Shown: positions 30,241 through 44,789 of the stretch, in pieces
Layout: the number at the start of each line of letters is the position of its first letter
Numbering within the stretch: position 1 is the stretch's first letter
Assembly (NCBI RefSeq): GCF_009914755.1
Contig: NC_060933.1
From: the human T2T-CHM13v2.0 reference genome, Homo sapiens
Direction: 5' to 3' (one strand)
DNA length: 64,000 bases
The notes under the pieces: model-generated
The model's database searches: none
What the model was told of the DNA's origin: nothing
The model's input: only the letters and a program-made list of their open reading frames with translations
Translations under genes and position numbers: made by a program

Positions 30241-30330
30241 CTACTAGAGATTAGTGATGTCTCCATCAACTAAACCACTCATTTCCTATAAAACCATGAC
30301 ACTCCACTACATTTTCTAATTTAGCCAATA

Positions 30331-30905
30331 TAGTAGTCCCTTCTTTTCCATAGTTTTGCTTTCTGCAATTTTGGCTACCTGAGTCTGAAAATATTAAATG
30401 GAAAATTCCAGAAATAGGCAATTGGTAAGTTTTAAATTGTGCACTGTTCAGAGTAGTGTGATGAAATTTCATGCCATCCTGTTCTGTCCTGCCTGGGATG
30501 CAAATCATCCCTTTGTCCAGCATATACATGGTATGGACACTACCCTGCTATGAGCCACTTAGGAGCTGTATTTGTTATCAGATCACCTGTTGAGGCATCA
30601 CAGTGCTTGGGTTCATGCAAACCTTATTTTACTTAATAATGTCCCCAAAGGGCAAGTGATGTTGGCAATTTGGATATGACAAAGAGAAGCTGTAAAGAAC
30701 TTCCTTTAAGGGAAATGCTGAAAGTTCTCAATAGAGAAAGAAAAAAAATTGTATGTTGAGTTTGCTAAGATCTACGGTAAAAACAGGACTTCTATCTGTA
30801 TAATTGTGAAGGAGGAAAAAGAAATGTGTGCACAGTATATACAGGTTTCAGTCATCCACTGGGGGTCTTGGAACATATCTTCTGAGGATTATGGGGGAGT
30901 ACTGT
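30331..30905. mobile_element. MER44 (Tigger7-derived)
   Basis: AGTAGTCCC...GAAAATATTAAATGGAAAATTCCAGAAATA...CATCCACTGGGGGTCTTGGAAC...GGGGGAGTACTG. Confidence 0.8.
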
Positions 30906-32593
30906 AATAAGTGCATGATGTGTTTCAGCTACTCTGCTAGGTGTGGTCCCTCATTTAATCCTCCCAATGGACTTAGAAAGGAGGTGGTGCAGTTATTATT
31001 CCCATGTTACAGAAAACCAGGGCTTCTGACATGCCTGAGCTAGGTCCCAGCCTCTCCCATACAGCTTCAGGAAGTCATTGGGACCCAGGGAGAATTGAAC
31101 TGGGCTGGAAGGGAAGAATCAGGAAACTCAGCCTTGATGGGTTAAATTGGAGCAATGCCTCTAACTGGATAGTCAGATTGATTTCCAAGATTTGTTAGGG
31201 CTGTGATTCCTCAGCTGGGCTGGACATAATCTTGCATCTCAGTCTTCATGTGCCTGGCTGGTGACTGTGAGGATTTAGAATTTCTGGGCCTGAGCTGGCA
31301 GTGGTCTCCCAGAGCCAGGAGTTGGGGTAGCACTGATGAGTCGATAATTAGGACACTTCTTTCAGCTGAAGATAAAGTCCAGAGCCTCAGTCCAGCCATT
31401 ATCCTGCCAACCCTAATAGAGCCAGATTGATGGATACGGCAAGGAGGGAATTGGGAACATTCTTGTGCACACTATATCACACTCGATAACCGCCCATGCA
31501 CAATGTAGGACTCATACGCCATAACAAAATCCATTTTGAAACAGCTCTGGGTGCGTCAGCCAGCTGCAAAGCATCTAAAGTATCCCTGACATTTGGGCTT
31601 TGGGAGAATGCGGTGAATGGAGAGCAAATGCGCATGCACACACACAAGCCAAGAGAACTCTATCGTAAGGAAAACAGATGCTAGCATCACAACCCACCGT
31701 ACATCTTATACTGTATTTTTGCAAACACACTAATCCTTCTTGTTAGACAAGAACAGAAACCCCCGAAATGCTTTCCATATGTCCCATTGTCTTCCTGGCC
31801 CTTTAATTCTATCTCAAAACCCCCCAACTTAGCAACCTTCATATTCATGCTAAACATATTACATCAGTTCTAACATTGATATGTTTAATATGAATACAAT
31901 TAAAGTTGCTTCATTATAATCCCGTTAAGATAAACAGCATTGCTATTATTATAAACATTCCTGCAAGGCCTCTTGTAAAATATTATCAATACTAATAGAA
32001 ATTTCCCCCACCCCACATACTTGGACTAAACAATGCCACTGCCTTCCTACTAGTAACAAATATGTCCAATGATTTAAACATCGGTGCATCCAATGTAAAC
32101 ACCATTATAGCTAATGTAAAACAGTTGCCCGGCCCAGCAAATCCTCCACCAGAAAGTTGCTGAAGAAAAAGAACAGTTTCCTCGGCAAGAATGCGTTACA
32201 GCCTGCTGGTGACATTTGCAATAGATTACTTAAGCCTATAAAGAAATGAAAATTGCAGGCCCAGTTTGAGCCAGAAATGATGAAATTGGAGAGCACAGGC
32301 TAAGTACAGTGTGGCACAGACTGGCTGCTGCCCAGGGTCTGCAAGCCCTGCATGGGTTGGAGTGCACCTTGTTGAGTCTGTGCATGCACGGCCTCTGACA
32401 CATCATGTCCTTTCAGTATTGCATTCAGTTCAGTGTTGATTCGGTATTGCATTCAGAGGCCTGCATTCAGTACATGGCCTCCACACGGGTAGGCATGAAG
32501 CTGAAGACTGACCTTTTCACAGCTGGAGTGCTCACCAAAGCTGTGTGAGTGTGAACACGTGGGTGCATTTCTCCCTATAATGACCATGCCTGG

Positions 32594-32958
32594 TGATATG
32601 GTTTGGCTGTGTCCCCATCCAAATCTCATCTTGAACTGTAGCTTCCATAATCCCCACATGTCATGGGAGGGACCCAGTGGGAGGTAATTGAATCATGGGG
32701 GTGGGTTTTTTCCCATGCTGTTCTCATGATAGTGAATAAGTCTCATGAGATCTGATGTTTTTATAAAGGGCAGTTCCTCTGCACATGCTGTCTTGCCTGC
32801 CGCCATGTCAGACATGCCTTTTCTCTTCCTTTGCCTTCCGCCATGATTGTGAGGCCTCCCCAGCCATGTGGAACTGTGAATTCATTAGACCTCTTTTTCT
32901 TTATTGATTACCCAGTCTCGGGTATTTCTTCATAGCAGTATGAAAATGAACTAATACC
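32594..32958 (+). mobile_element. THE1B-like solo LTR (MaLR)
   Basis: TGATATGGTTTGGCTGTGTCCCC...ACTAATAC; perfect 5-bp TSD CCTGG. Confidence 0.95.
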
Positions 32959-33838
32959 CCTGGGCAGCGTGGCAAAGAACAATGCCACGCTTTGTTCTTT
33001 GATTCTGTGTTCAGTATGAGGATTCTGCCTCATACTGTGGTGATCTTTCTCCTTCAGATTACAGAGAAGGCCAGGGTTTTAGGGAGGACACCTGCTAGAC
33101 CCTTCTGCAGAGTCAAAGCAGGATTATCTTTTATTCATCTGATGTTTATCTCACCTGGTGCCTCTAAAATCAGCACACAACAAGCCTCGGCCATGTTCAC
33201 ATCAAGCTCTTGTTTCATTCTTGCCTCTCTCTCCCTTTCTATCCACTTCCATGATTTATTGGCTCCTCACCTGTTGTTTACATCTCTTATTTCTGGAAAC
33301 TTCTTGGATGTGGTTCCAATGATTCTATTCTTACTCACTTTTTTAAAATAAATCACTCAACCCCACTCCTGCAAAATACCCAAATTCATCAAGCTCTGGC
33401 TTCAGGGACCTCTGAAAGGTGATCCCAGTAAGAAGCATTTGAAAACTTTCACCCTCTCTCACTCAGTTGCAGACATCCTCAATGTGACACTGTGAATCAG
33501 TGGTCCTGACTTCTCATTGCCCCTCAAGGGGTCTCCCCAGAAAATTTCCAGAGGGCAGTCTTACCCTTTGGGGCTAAGCTCTGTGACATCTATGACATTG
33601 TCGCCAGAATTATAAGTTTCTGTCCTGATACAGAGAAAGGAAAATAACATTTTCTAATTATTTCTACTTAAAATATTTTAATCTAAATTAACCACCTCTG
33701 CCTTAAACAATTTTTAAGGAAATGTAAGTAATGTTTTCCATTGATGACAGAACTTGTCTACAATCAAGCAATTCTCATTTTCTTGGTGTGACTGTGAGAA
33801 CAAGAATCGGTATGTGTCCTTCAAAAATATCACTCCTA

Positions 33839-34799
<961 letters not shown>

Positions 34800-35307
34800 A
34801 GCAATTTGCATGAATCAAAGCATCTAACAAATGAGTGAAGACAAATTGAGATGTAAATTCTTTTTCCCTTGCTTACTGCCTATGTGGTCTTATTAGGCAA
34901 GAAACTTAGTTTATCTGAGCCTCAGTTTCCTTATCTGTACAGTGGGATTGATAATATCTATGTAACAGGGGTTGTAGGAAACCACCTAGGTTTTATGTAT
35001 GTAAATTCATGATGTCAAATTTATGGCAGCTGTGATTCTCACTGGGGCCCCCTCATTAGGCACCTCCTCCTTGAATGAGCCTATGGCAGCCCAGAGCATA
35101 AACAGGGTGTTCTCATTTCCCCAGAGTCTAGAAAGATGGGGAGTTGGAATTCCATTCCAGCTAAACATCATGTTTTTAATGCTGGGCAACTCTTTCCTAA
35201 TAAAATCCAAAACCACGTAAACACCAGTATAGTTTTCAATTTGTAGTCAGATTAGACGCCAGGAGCGTTTGGTTCAATTTTATTTTATTTTATTTTTTAA
35301 GTGATAT

Positions 35308-35355
35308 CTTTACAGTGGATTTGAAAGCAAGCTTTACAGTGGATTTGAAAGCAAG
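35308..35355. repeat. Perfect 24-bp tandem duplication CTTTACAGTGGATTTGAAAGCAAG x2
   Basis: Read directly. Confidence 0.97.
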
Positions 35356-36081
35356 CTGCCTCTCTGGAGAAGTGTAAGTTTTGGAAAGCAAGTTTCCCTG
35401 GAATGTTTCAGCTTTAATCAGGGTAGATGGAAGAAAAAAATAAAAAGGTGGTTAAGCCACATGACAGAATTTCTGGACCTCGATTCATCAGCTCATTTAG
35501 GAAGCTCTCTATGGAGCAAAATATGCACAGAAAGGAGGCTTTGTGTCATTCTAAAAGCTATTTTATGTCCTTGGAAAGGCAGGTGTGTGTTAATATTTAT
35601 ACTCTTCGAGTGTTCTGTTTTAAGTGTCACATACTGCAAATGTATCTCCAAAGTCACTCCAGGAAAAAAAAAAAGTCATTTTATTGGGGAACGGGGCATA
35701 GTTCCCCAATTCCCACATCCTCATTGTCTGTGAAGCTCACAATTTGTATCGTTCTATCACTGTGGTTACCAATAGCAGAGAGCTCCTACTTCGCATCCAT
35801 TGAGCATTCCTGTTGAACCCTGGGGATCCAGGGATAAATGGTGAAGTTTCCTACCCCTGGGGGCCACAGCCTGGCGGGGTGGGTGGGAGAACAGACTCCC
35901 TAGAGAGCCTGAGCCTGCTCTTTCTCTTTTCTGTGACAAGGAATTAAGTCTCAAGGGGTGGCTTGGGGTGAAATTGTTCTTTTTCTCTCTGAAGTTCTGG
36001 GAAGAGCTGAGCTCTGAGCTCCACTGGAGCGCAGGGATCAAGGTACAGAGGTTCCTGTCACAGGGCCAAACCCGAGGCCAA

Positions 36082-36085
<4 letters not shown>

Positions 36086-36129
<44 letters not shown>
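36086..36129. repeat. (TG)22 microsatellite
   Basis: Read directly. Confidence 0.98.
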
Positions 36130-36130
<1 letters not shown>

Positions 36131-37278
36131 CGGACAGTACATTTTTAGATGGTGGAGAATCTGAAAAGGGAGTGCAGGGAGAGCTAATGGGGGTGCCTGG
36201 CTCCGAGCCATTGTCACTGCCCAGGGAAAGGGGCTGGCTACAGGGCAGCCTGAGGGGAATAGGCCATGTCCTGTCCCAGGCTGGGCTCATGAGAAGTGAT
36301 GAGACACCCAGCAGGGCCTTGGCTTCCCCTGTGAGCTCTCCTTCCGACCATTGTCAAGCATGCCCGTGATCACTCCACAGACATCTCTTGGGCACTATTG
36401 TGTTTGGACTCAAGGATCTCCCCCAACAACCCCCATGCCCAGCCATCTTCTCCTCTCATTTTGACTAAAGTTGCCCAGGCCTTCAGTTCCTCTAATTCCA
36501 ATGGCTATCATCATGCAGATAACTCCCTCATCTTTCTATCCAGCCAAGACCTCTTCATGGAGCAGCAAGCTGATAGATCCACCAGCCTCCTGGGAATCTC
36601 TTCTTGGAAGCCCCTTGGGTACCTTCATCTGCTGCCCCAACTGGGAAGCCCCCCCTGAATCCAGCAGACACTGGCTCCTTCCACTTCCCATCATGCTGGG
36701 CACCACCCTATAGCATCGAACAGGTTGTCCTGTGGTTGTTCTGTGCCCATCTCCACAGTGCCATGTCAAGGCTTGGTGAAGTAGGTGCTCAGTGAATTCA
36801 TCTAGGACCAAGTGTCTTCATCAATTAGGGCTCTGAGAAGAGCAGTGCCATGAAGAGGGCATCTCAAACTTGCAAATGAGTACATGTCAGAGTGTGATTT
36901 TAGCAAATTTGTAAAATTAAAGTTGTCACATGGGAACTCTGACAACCTCCAGCTGCTTTTCTGTGACAAGGAGATGAGTGAAAATGTGACCTGCATCCCC
37001 TCCTTCTTCCCCTTTCTTTCCAAATACCACTGTGGGTGCACAGTGCCATGGTAGTGGGCTTGCCAAGGGGTGGTGGGCTGAGGGAAGGGCAGGGCCTCTC
37101 TGATTACACATTCATTATGGCTTAACCACCTCTGCACTTTCCTGCAGAACTTAATACAAATCAGAGAGACCAAGGTGGTGGGCGAGCATCCTTGCGGCTT
37201 GGAAGGCATAGCATCTTCTGCTATGGTGACAGAGAAAGGATGTTAAGGCAACAAGGATGGGATCATAAAGTGAAAACA

Positions 37279-37412
37279 GCCTGGGGGCAGTGGCTCACAC
37301 TTTTTGTCCCAGCTACTCAGGAGGCTGAGGCTGGAGGATGCTTGAGCCCTGGAGTTTGAGGTTACAGTGAACTAAGATCGCAACAATGCATCCCAGCCTG
37401 GGTGACAGAATA
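37279..37412 (+). mobile_element. Alu monomer (FAM/FRAM-like)
   Basis: CCCAGCTACTCAGGAGGCTGAGG...CCAGCCTGGGTGACAGA; TSD-like ATAAAGTGAAAACA/ATAAAGTGAAGACA. Confidence 0.85.
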
Positions 37413-37949
37413 TAAAGTGAAGACAGATATTCCCAAGCCAAGAGGAGTAGTCTGCCCATGCCTCACAGCAGGAAAGGGAAGGTGGATTGATTTACTGAGA
37501 TTCCCAGGGGAACAGGCAGGGAGATAGACAGCAAGTGGCAGCAATGTGCCGGCAATACCTGCTAACTGTGTGGGAGCAAGTTGTGGAACATACTAGCAGG
37601 ACAAAAGAAGAGATCTTATAAACTAGGCCTTGGCAGAACATCCAGAGAGATTATTTGGAGATACTTAGTATTTCCACTTGAACTTAACTCCAACCAAGAA
37701 GGATGGGGATCAGCACTTACAAAGCAGAATTGTGTAAGGTGGTTGCTCTCCTGGGTTTGCTTTTCCTCAGCGCCATCCCCTGCAAGTAATTGTGAGTAGG
37801 GCAAAACCTCTTTGTAACAATCTTAGGTGTGGAGGTGGAGAAGAGGCTCTAACTACACCTGGGAAGACAGAAGCAACGTTGTCATGAGGAAGGTTGGATT
37901 CACACTGTGGAATGAAAACTAAATACGTTTGTCTAGAACAAACAGACCT

Positions 37950-38165
37950 ATATAGCACTTGCTACTTGCCAAGAACTCTCCCAAGTGCTTTATAGATATT
38001 AACTTAATCTTCAAAACGTCTCTATGAGATATGAATATTATGTCCTCATTTTGCAGATGAGGAAACTGAGGCACAGAGCATTTGATTTTACATAGCTCAT
38101 GAGTGGCAGAGGTGGCCTCTGAACCCAGGAAATCTGCCCGAGAATCCATGCAGCTAGTCACTGCA
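37950..38165 (-). mobile_element. MIR
   Basis: CCTCATTTTGCAGATGAGGAAACTGAGGCACAGAG core. Confidence 0.85.
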
Positions 38166-38500
38166 TTGTGCTTCTTCTTGCACGTGATAGACATATGTGC
38201 ATCATTTTTAAAATGAGGTTTAAATACTGTTTTCCAAATTCTTCCTCAGTAAGGGATGGATAAAAAGTCTTAACCAGGTAAGCCTAGATGTTTAGAATTT
38301 ATACAGGTTGCATGCAAGTTTTCCTTCTTTGTTGCACAAAGCTGGTTGGCCCTCCTCTGTGAGCCTCATCATTCTTATTATATTGTGTGTACACTGCCTT
38401 TGTGTTAGGATCTTTATTATTAACTTTAGAAAATTGGCAGCTTTACTAATGCATCTGCTCACAATTCACTCCAAATACTAGAAAGGTTATAAATAGCATT

Positions 38501-38849
38501 TTCCTGAGTCCATTCAGACTTCTTTAACAAAAGACCATAACTATGTGGCTTGTAAACAACAGAAATTTATTTCTGATAGTTCTGGAGGCTGGGAAGTCCA
38601 AGATCAAGACACCAACAGATTGGGTGTCTGGTGAGGACCCGTTTCCTTGTCATCTTCTCTCTGTGTCCCCATGTCCTCACACAGTAGAAGGGGTGAGGGA
38701 TCACACTGGAGATTCTTTTATAATGGAACTGCTCCCATTCATGAGGGCTCCACCCTCATCACCTAATCGCCTCCCAAAGGCCCCATCTCCTGATACCATC
38801 ATATTAGGGATTAGATTTCAGAATATGAATTCAGAGATGGGGGGATATA
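38501..38849 (-). mobile_element. MLT1A-like LTR
   Basis: GGCTTGTAAACAACAGAAATTTATTTCT...GGAGGCTGGGAAGTCCAAGATCAAG...GGATTAGATTTCAGAATATGAATT. Confidence 0.85.
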
Positions 38850-39679
38850 TGCTTTCAGCCCATTTCAGTATTCCTAAAGTCTTTTTCCTCTGAATACTCT
38901 GAAAAATATCTATGGCATTCTACATCTAATCAAGAATGGCTCTTCTTTCTGTGTTTTCATAAACTTGGAACCCTGTGTTTTTCTCCAGTCATGGTATTCC
39001 TGTTATCTGGCTAACCACCTCTGTCTTATGTATGCTGTGAGTGTGGTGTGGGTGATGGGAACTGTTGCCTCTATGCAGCCACCACCTCTGTGCATCTGCA
39101 GCCAAACATCTTTGGTGAGCCTGGGGCCACAAGATGCAAAAGAGGTGGATGCTTAGCCAAGGAGAGTAAGAATGGGTGGGTGTCTTCGGGGCACCTGTTT
39201 GCTAGCGTATCTGGTGATGACTAACCTCTGAAATTGATAGCTGCTGCTTCACCTTGGGCTTCCACATCCCATGCAAGTTCCTCTTCTGGTCAAATTTCTC
39301 CTGGAACCATACAGTGAAGGGGATTCTGAGAAATCTAGTTCCAGCTTACCTAAGTTACCACTGCAGAATGAAACACATTGTTGTGCTCTTTGAAAAAAAA
39401 ATTTTTTTTTTTTGGTCAGCCATATTGCTGACTACTGTTTTGGAATGAGATGATGGATAAGTAAATAATCAGAAGTCTACTTGTTGAGCATGACATCGGA
39501 GAGCAAGGATGGTTGGATGGGTGATTTTAAGATATTTTCTTTAGCTAAGATAGCCTGATGCATTCATTCCCCGCAACCTCAACACCCAATGTGGCTAGCC
39601 CTGAGACTGGGGCCATAATCCTTGAGGTCCATTGGCTGAAGTGATCTTTGTCCTGGAAAGCGCTGGAATGAGTACAACC

Positions 39680-39733
39680 AATTTCTTGTTAATTCTCAGG
39701 CCTGTCTCGGGGCCTGAGAATTAGTAAGAAATT
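39680..39733 (+). repeat. Short inverted repeat / hairpin (23-bp stem, 8-nt loop)
   Basis: AATTTCTTGTTAATTCTCAGGCC-TGTCTCGG-GGCCTGAGAATTAGTAAGAAATT. Confidence 0.95.
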
Positions 39734-40356
39734 TATCTTGATCCTCTGGGCCTTGAATCAGTGCTCTTATCAAGTGGTCCATACATGTATCTTCCTATGG
39801 AGGAATATGCCAGCTCTTATTTGGTCATGAGCTCTAATTTTTATTAAGTAGAATCATGACAGACTTGCCTAATGGATAATATTGTTACAGTCATGAATGT
39901 CATGTCTTCAAAGCTGGATGTCTTTCAGTACTTTTCAGTGCTTATACAACAGATGTGAAAGTAGAACTCTTCAGTCTCTGTGCTGGGTAGGTAATAGGCA
40001 TCAAGTATCTTAAAGCCAGGGGTCATCCATGCAGCATATGCTAAGAGACTGCTGGCATTGTAGACCTCAGCCAATAAGCGTGGCTTCAGAGATAGCCCGT
40101 GGACGGCACAGTGTGTGTTCCTTCAATGGGAGGCCGGTATGTGACTTCCACTGGTGTAGAAATGATAGGGCTGAAGTCCCCTTGCCTGGTGCCAGAATGA
40201 CAAGAGAAGGCAACTGTGTCCCTTTCCCATTATAGGTGTCCTCTGCAGAAGCAGGCCTGAACTTCAGGTAGAGGGGAGAGATTTTACATTAGACTTGGCT
40301 GTAAAGTTGGTTATTATTCTAAATAAAACTTTTTAATTATTAAAATGAGAGTTTTG

Positions 40357-40600
40357 CTTGAGGTCAGGAGTTCAAGACCGGCCGGGCTAACATGGCGAAA
40401 CCCAGTCTCTACTAAAAATACAAAAATTAGCTGGGCTTGGTGGCATGCGCCTATAATCCCAGCTGCTTGGGAGGCTGAGGCAGGAGAATCACTTGAATCC
40501 AGGAGGTAGAGGTTGCAGTGAGACGAGGTCACACCATTGCACTGCAGCCTGGGTGACAGAGTGAGACTCCATCTCAAAACAAACAAACAAAAAACAAAAC
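40357..40600 (+). mobile_element. 5'-truncated AluS
   Basis: Starts at CTTGAGGTCAGGAGTTC; (CAAA)n tail. Confidence 0.93.
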
Positions 40601-43131
40601 ACTGTTTTGTAAACTAAAGAGACTGGAAGACTTACTATCTAGGGAGAGTGTCTGGAAAAGTTATGAGACCAATCTGAGTGTTCCATTCCAACGGAGGGAA
40701 AGAACTCAATGAGGCTTATTAATGGACAACGATGGAAAGGAATACAACTGTTCTTTGCGTAAATCCTTTAGAATCTGCTCATCAGGTAAAAGCAGTTACC
40801 CTCTACTGCTTTGTCCAATTTAGAGTAACATGGAGGGATCACTCCATTTGGATGATAAGCCCCCTGGGCAGGTAATTTGAACTTTCTAAGCCTTAATTTC
40901 TTATCTGATATCTAAAGTGTAGAAAATAACAGTGAATACCTTACAAGAAACTTCTGAGTTTTAAATGAGACCATGCCAGGCACTTAGCAGATGCTCAATA
41001 AAAGGAGGTACCCATGTAGCAATCTCACCCTCTTGCATGAGCAAGGGGGTCCCCAGCTTAGACAAAATGACTTATTGAGTTGAGGACAAAGGCCAGGATA
41101 AAACTCAGTGGCCAGTAATGCTTGCCACTTTGACTAAACAGGAATTGGACTGCTCAGGTGCAAAATGAAGCAAGCAGTCTGCTCACTTGTAATGCTTTTC
41201 TCATCAGGTGCTGGGTTTAAATGGAGAAGTTGAAAGCTCTGGTGAAGGGTGCCTAGAAGTGAAATGCTAGGAGAACCTCTTCACACCAGCCTTTGTGGCA
41301 GGTCCATCTGGTCCCAGGGAGAAATCCTGGACTTAAGGGGGAGGATTGGTGGACAGACTGAGACATGGGTCCTTCCCAAGAGTTCAGGTTTTCACTGGTT
41401 CCTCTCCCTGAAAGAATGCTTGGAAGGAGGGCAGTGGAGTGGCAGAGTCTGGACTTGGAATTCCAACTCCCTGGTTCATGTTCCTACTGTGTAGTCTAAT
41501 TTTGAACACAAGACTTAATAACTGTGCCTTGTTTTCTCTATCACATGGGACTAGAGTGAGGATAAAGTAAGATAGTACCTGTGACATGCACTCGGTAAGT
41601 TTCTTTTGCTTCTTCCTCTTTCCTCTAAATTTTCTGCTGTACCTCCCCTTAATTTCCAGAGCCCTGGCTCTCCTCAAAGACTCCTGTTGTCACTTCCTAC
41701 TAGTTTGGGTTTCCCCTTATCTTGATTTCCATGCTTCTCCCTGTCCATTTGATCCCTAGCCCCTTCTGTGGTTGGCATCCTTGTTTATCTCCTGTTGCTC
41801 TCTCCTCCCTTCCCATTGCCATCTCATTCTTTTCTCTCCCTGTCTTCCCACTACTATAGTTTCTCTCTTTCTCCTCTCTTTCTACCTCTCCCTTTCTTTT
41901 CTGTCTGTCCCCATTCTCTGCTTTCGCATGACTCTGCACATTTGGACAGAAGTGTTTTCTACACAGATGCTTTCTCTCCATTTTCTTTGGCCATCTGGCT
42001 GCATCTGCAGGCTGAAGACAGGAAGGGGAACCAGGCTAAGGGTCTGACAGCCTGCCAGAGAGAGCAGAATTGTCATGGAAATTCTGTAACTCTGTATCCC
42101 TCTGTGTCCTTTGGGCCAGAGCATGACCTGCCTATTGGGGAAGATGACTCCTATCTTGGGCAATCAATTAATTGACACACAAACAAAAATAAAATACAAA
42201 TTCTCAAAACACAAACAAAAAGAAAACTTCAATATCTCTATCCCCCAGATTAGAAAAAAATAATTCTTACATCTTGGCTTCTTTCTCTCCCTCTCTTTGT
42301 CCCCCTGCTGGGTTCAGCAGATGTTCTCTTGGAAGAGAGAATGGCTCTGCATTGAGCATCAGCCAGGACACAGGTCATTTAGGAAAGCTGGTGAAAAGAA
42401 CCATTGCTTCAGTGCTCAATTCTCTTTGTTTGACACTTGCCATCGAAATAGGCATTGCAAATATTGATTGCAATTCACTTAAATCTGTAGACATAGAGAT
42501 GAGTGAGGTCTGCCTTGCCACTCATCTGGCAAGGTAAGAGTCAGGTATAGTGAGGATGAGAAGTGATGACATACAATGAGATTCTGGCATGTTACTCGAA
42601 ATAAAGCAGATCTTAAGAAATGTTACTTTTCTTTCCTTTAAATTATAGAAATAATGAGGAATCACAAATTGCCAGCTCACAGCATCTTTGAGGTGGGAAA
42701 AGCCTCTTACTTAACACAGAAATCCACCTCCTATGAGGCAGCCCTAAGAGCTGCAGGTGCAGTCTCTGCTTGACTGACCCAGCCACCAACTGGGAACTCA
42801 GGCCTTCACTGCTTGCATTTTTGATTAGCTGTCATTGCTAGGAGGTATTTTTCTTTCTCATTACTTCTACTTCCCCAGCCCTATCACCCAATCATTATTA
42901 GTTTTCTAGAGCCACACAGAAGAGTTCTGCCTGTTTCTCCTTGTTACAGCCCTTCTAAAATCTGAGGCCACTTTCTGTGACTTTTTGGTGTCCTTTCTCC
43001 ACATTAAGCATCCCCCATGTGCTGAATCATGTCTTAGATGACTTGATTTCCTGGCCCCTCACTTGAAAAGTAACATAATGCAATGGAAATACCAGACAGA
43101 GACAGAACCCTGTGAAGAAAGCTGTGAGTGA

Positions 43132-43822
<691 letters not shown>

Positions 43823-44789
43823 TAAGCCAAGTACCGGGAATAGTGCCTTGCCCATCATAAGTTGTTAATTTTTACTTTCCTGACTACGCTATTCTGGATA
43901 TGAGTGATTTGCTGACATCACTTCAAAGTGTGGTTTGGAAGTGTAACTGGCCACTTCCAGGAAGCCTGCACTGGATCCCAGTAGCAGACAGTATTTGGCT
44001 TCCTCATTTTGGATATACTGTACCAATAAGCACATGTGATCTTTCAACTATTTTGTGTAAAGAAAAATTTCCCTTTTATTAGACTCAATTCTATTCACCT
44101 GGGAACATAACATTCCCAAAACAGTTTGCATCCACCATTCCAGGGTGAAGGACCTCACCAGTGTTTGTGTGGCAATCAGGATTCCAAGGCAAGCTGCTGG
44201 GTCACACAACATAATCCGCAGACACTAGAAAAATCACAGCTGCAAATGAAGAAAAGAATTGCCAAGAGCAACCTGATCATCCTCTTCCAATTTTTCCTTT
44301 CATATTCATTTGAACTTGTAGACTTATTTGGCACCTGTGTTTGCTGGGTGATAGCAGGTGCCATAGGTTTAAGAAAGAAAAGATCATAGAACAATGTAGC
44401 ATTGAGCAGATTCTCTCCATTGATTCTGTCATTGTTTCTGCACATGGAGAGATGATGTCAGTGATTCAGCTGCAGCTCTGAAATGCCTCGGTCCTCTTGA
44501 GGAATGCCAGTTCTCTGGGAAAAAAAATGAAAATCCTCTGGGCAGGGAGACCTATGCAAGTTCTTCAAAGCAATGGTGCTTAGACCCATAAGGAAAGAAG
44601 TATCCCACTCCAAATTCTAATTATTTCCATCTTTGTGTATTCTCCTTTTGTTTTGCTCTCCATGTGCATATATTTTTCGTGTGAGAGGTCATAACGGTTT
44701 CATGTAGTAATCTTTGTTTTTTCACTTACCATCATATCACAAAGAGCTCTCTGTATTACTACAAGATCTTTACAATGGATGAATGGTAC

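Noticed and set aside
35766-36369. Overlapping 174-aa and 133-aa ORFs
   Set aside because: Held open by the (TG)n repeat (THTH/VCVC runs); no protein family signal.
37768-37786. CTCF-like motif (minus strand GCAGGGGATGGCGCTG)
   Set aside because: Three mismatches in the core, including the conserved A; too weak without ChIP data.
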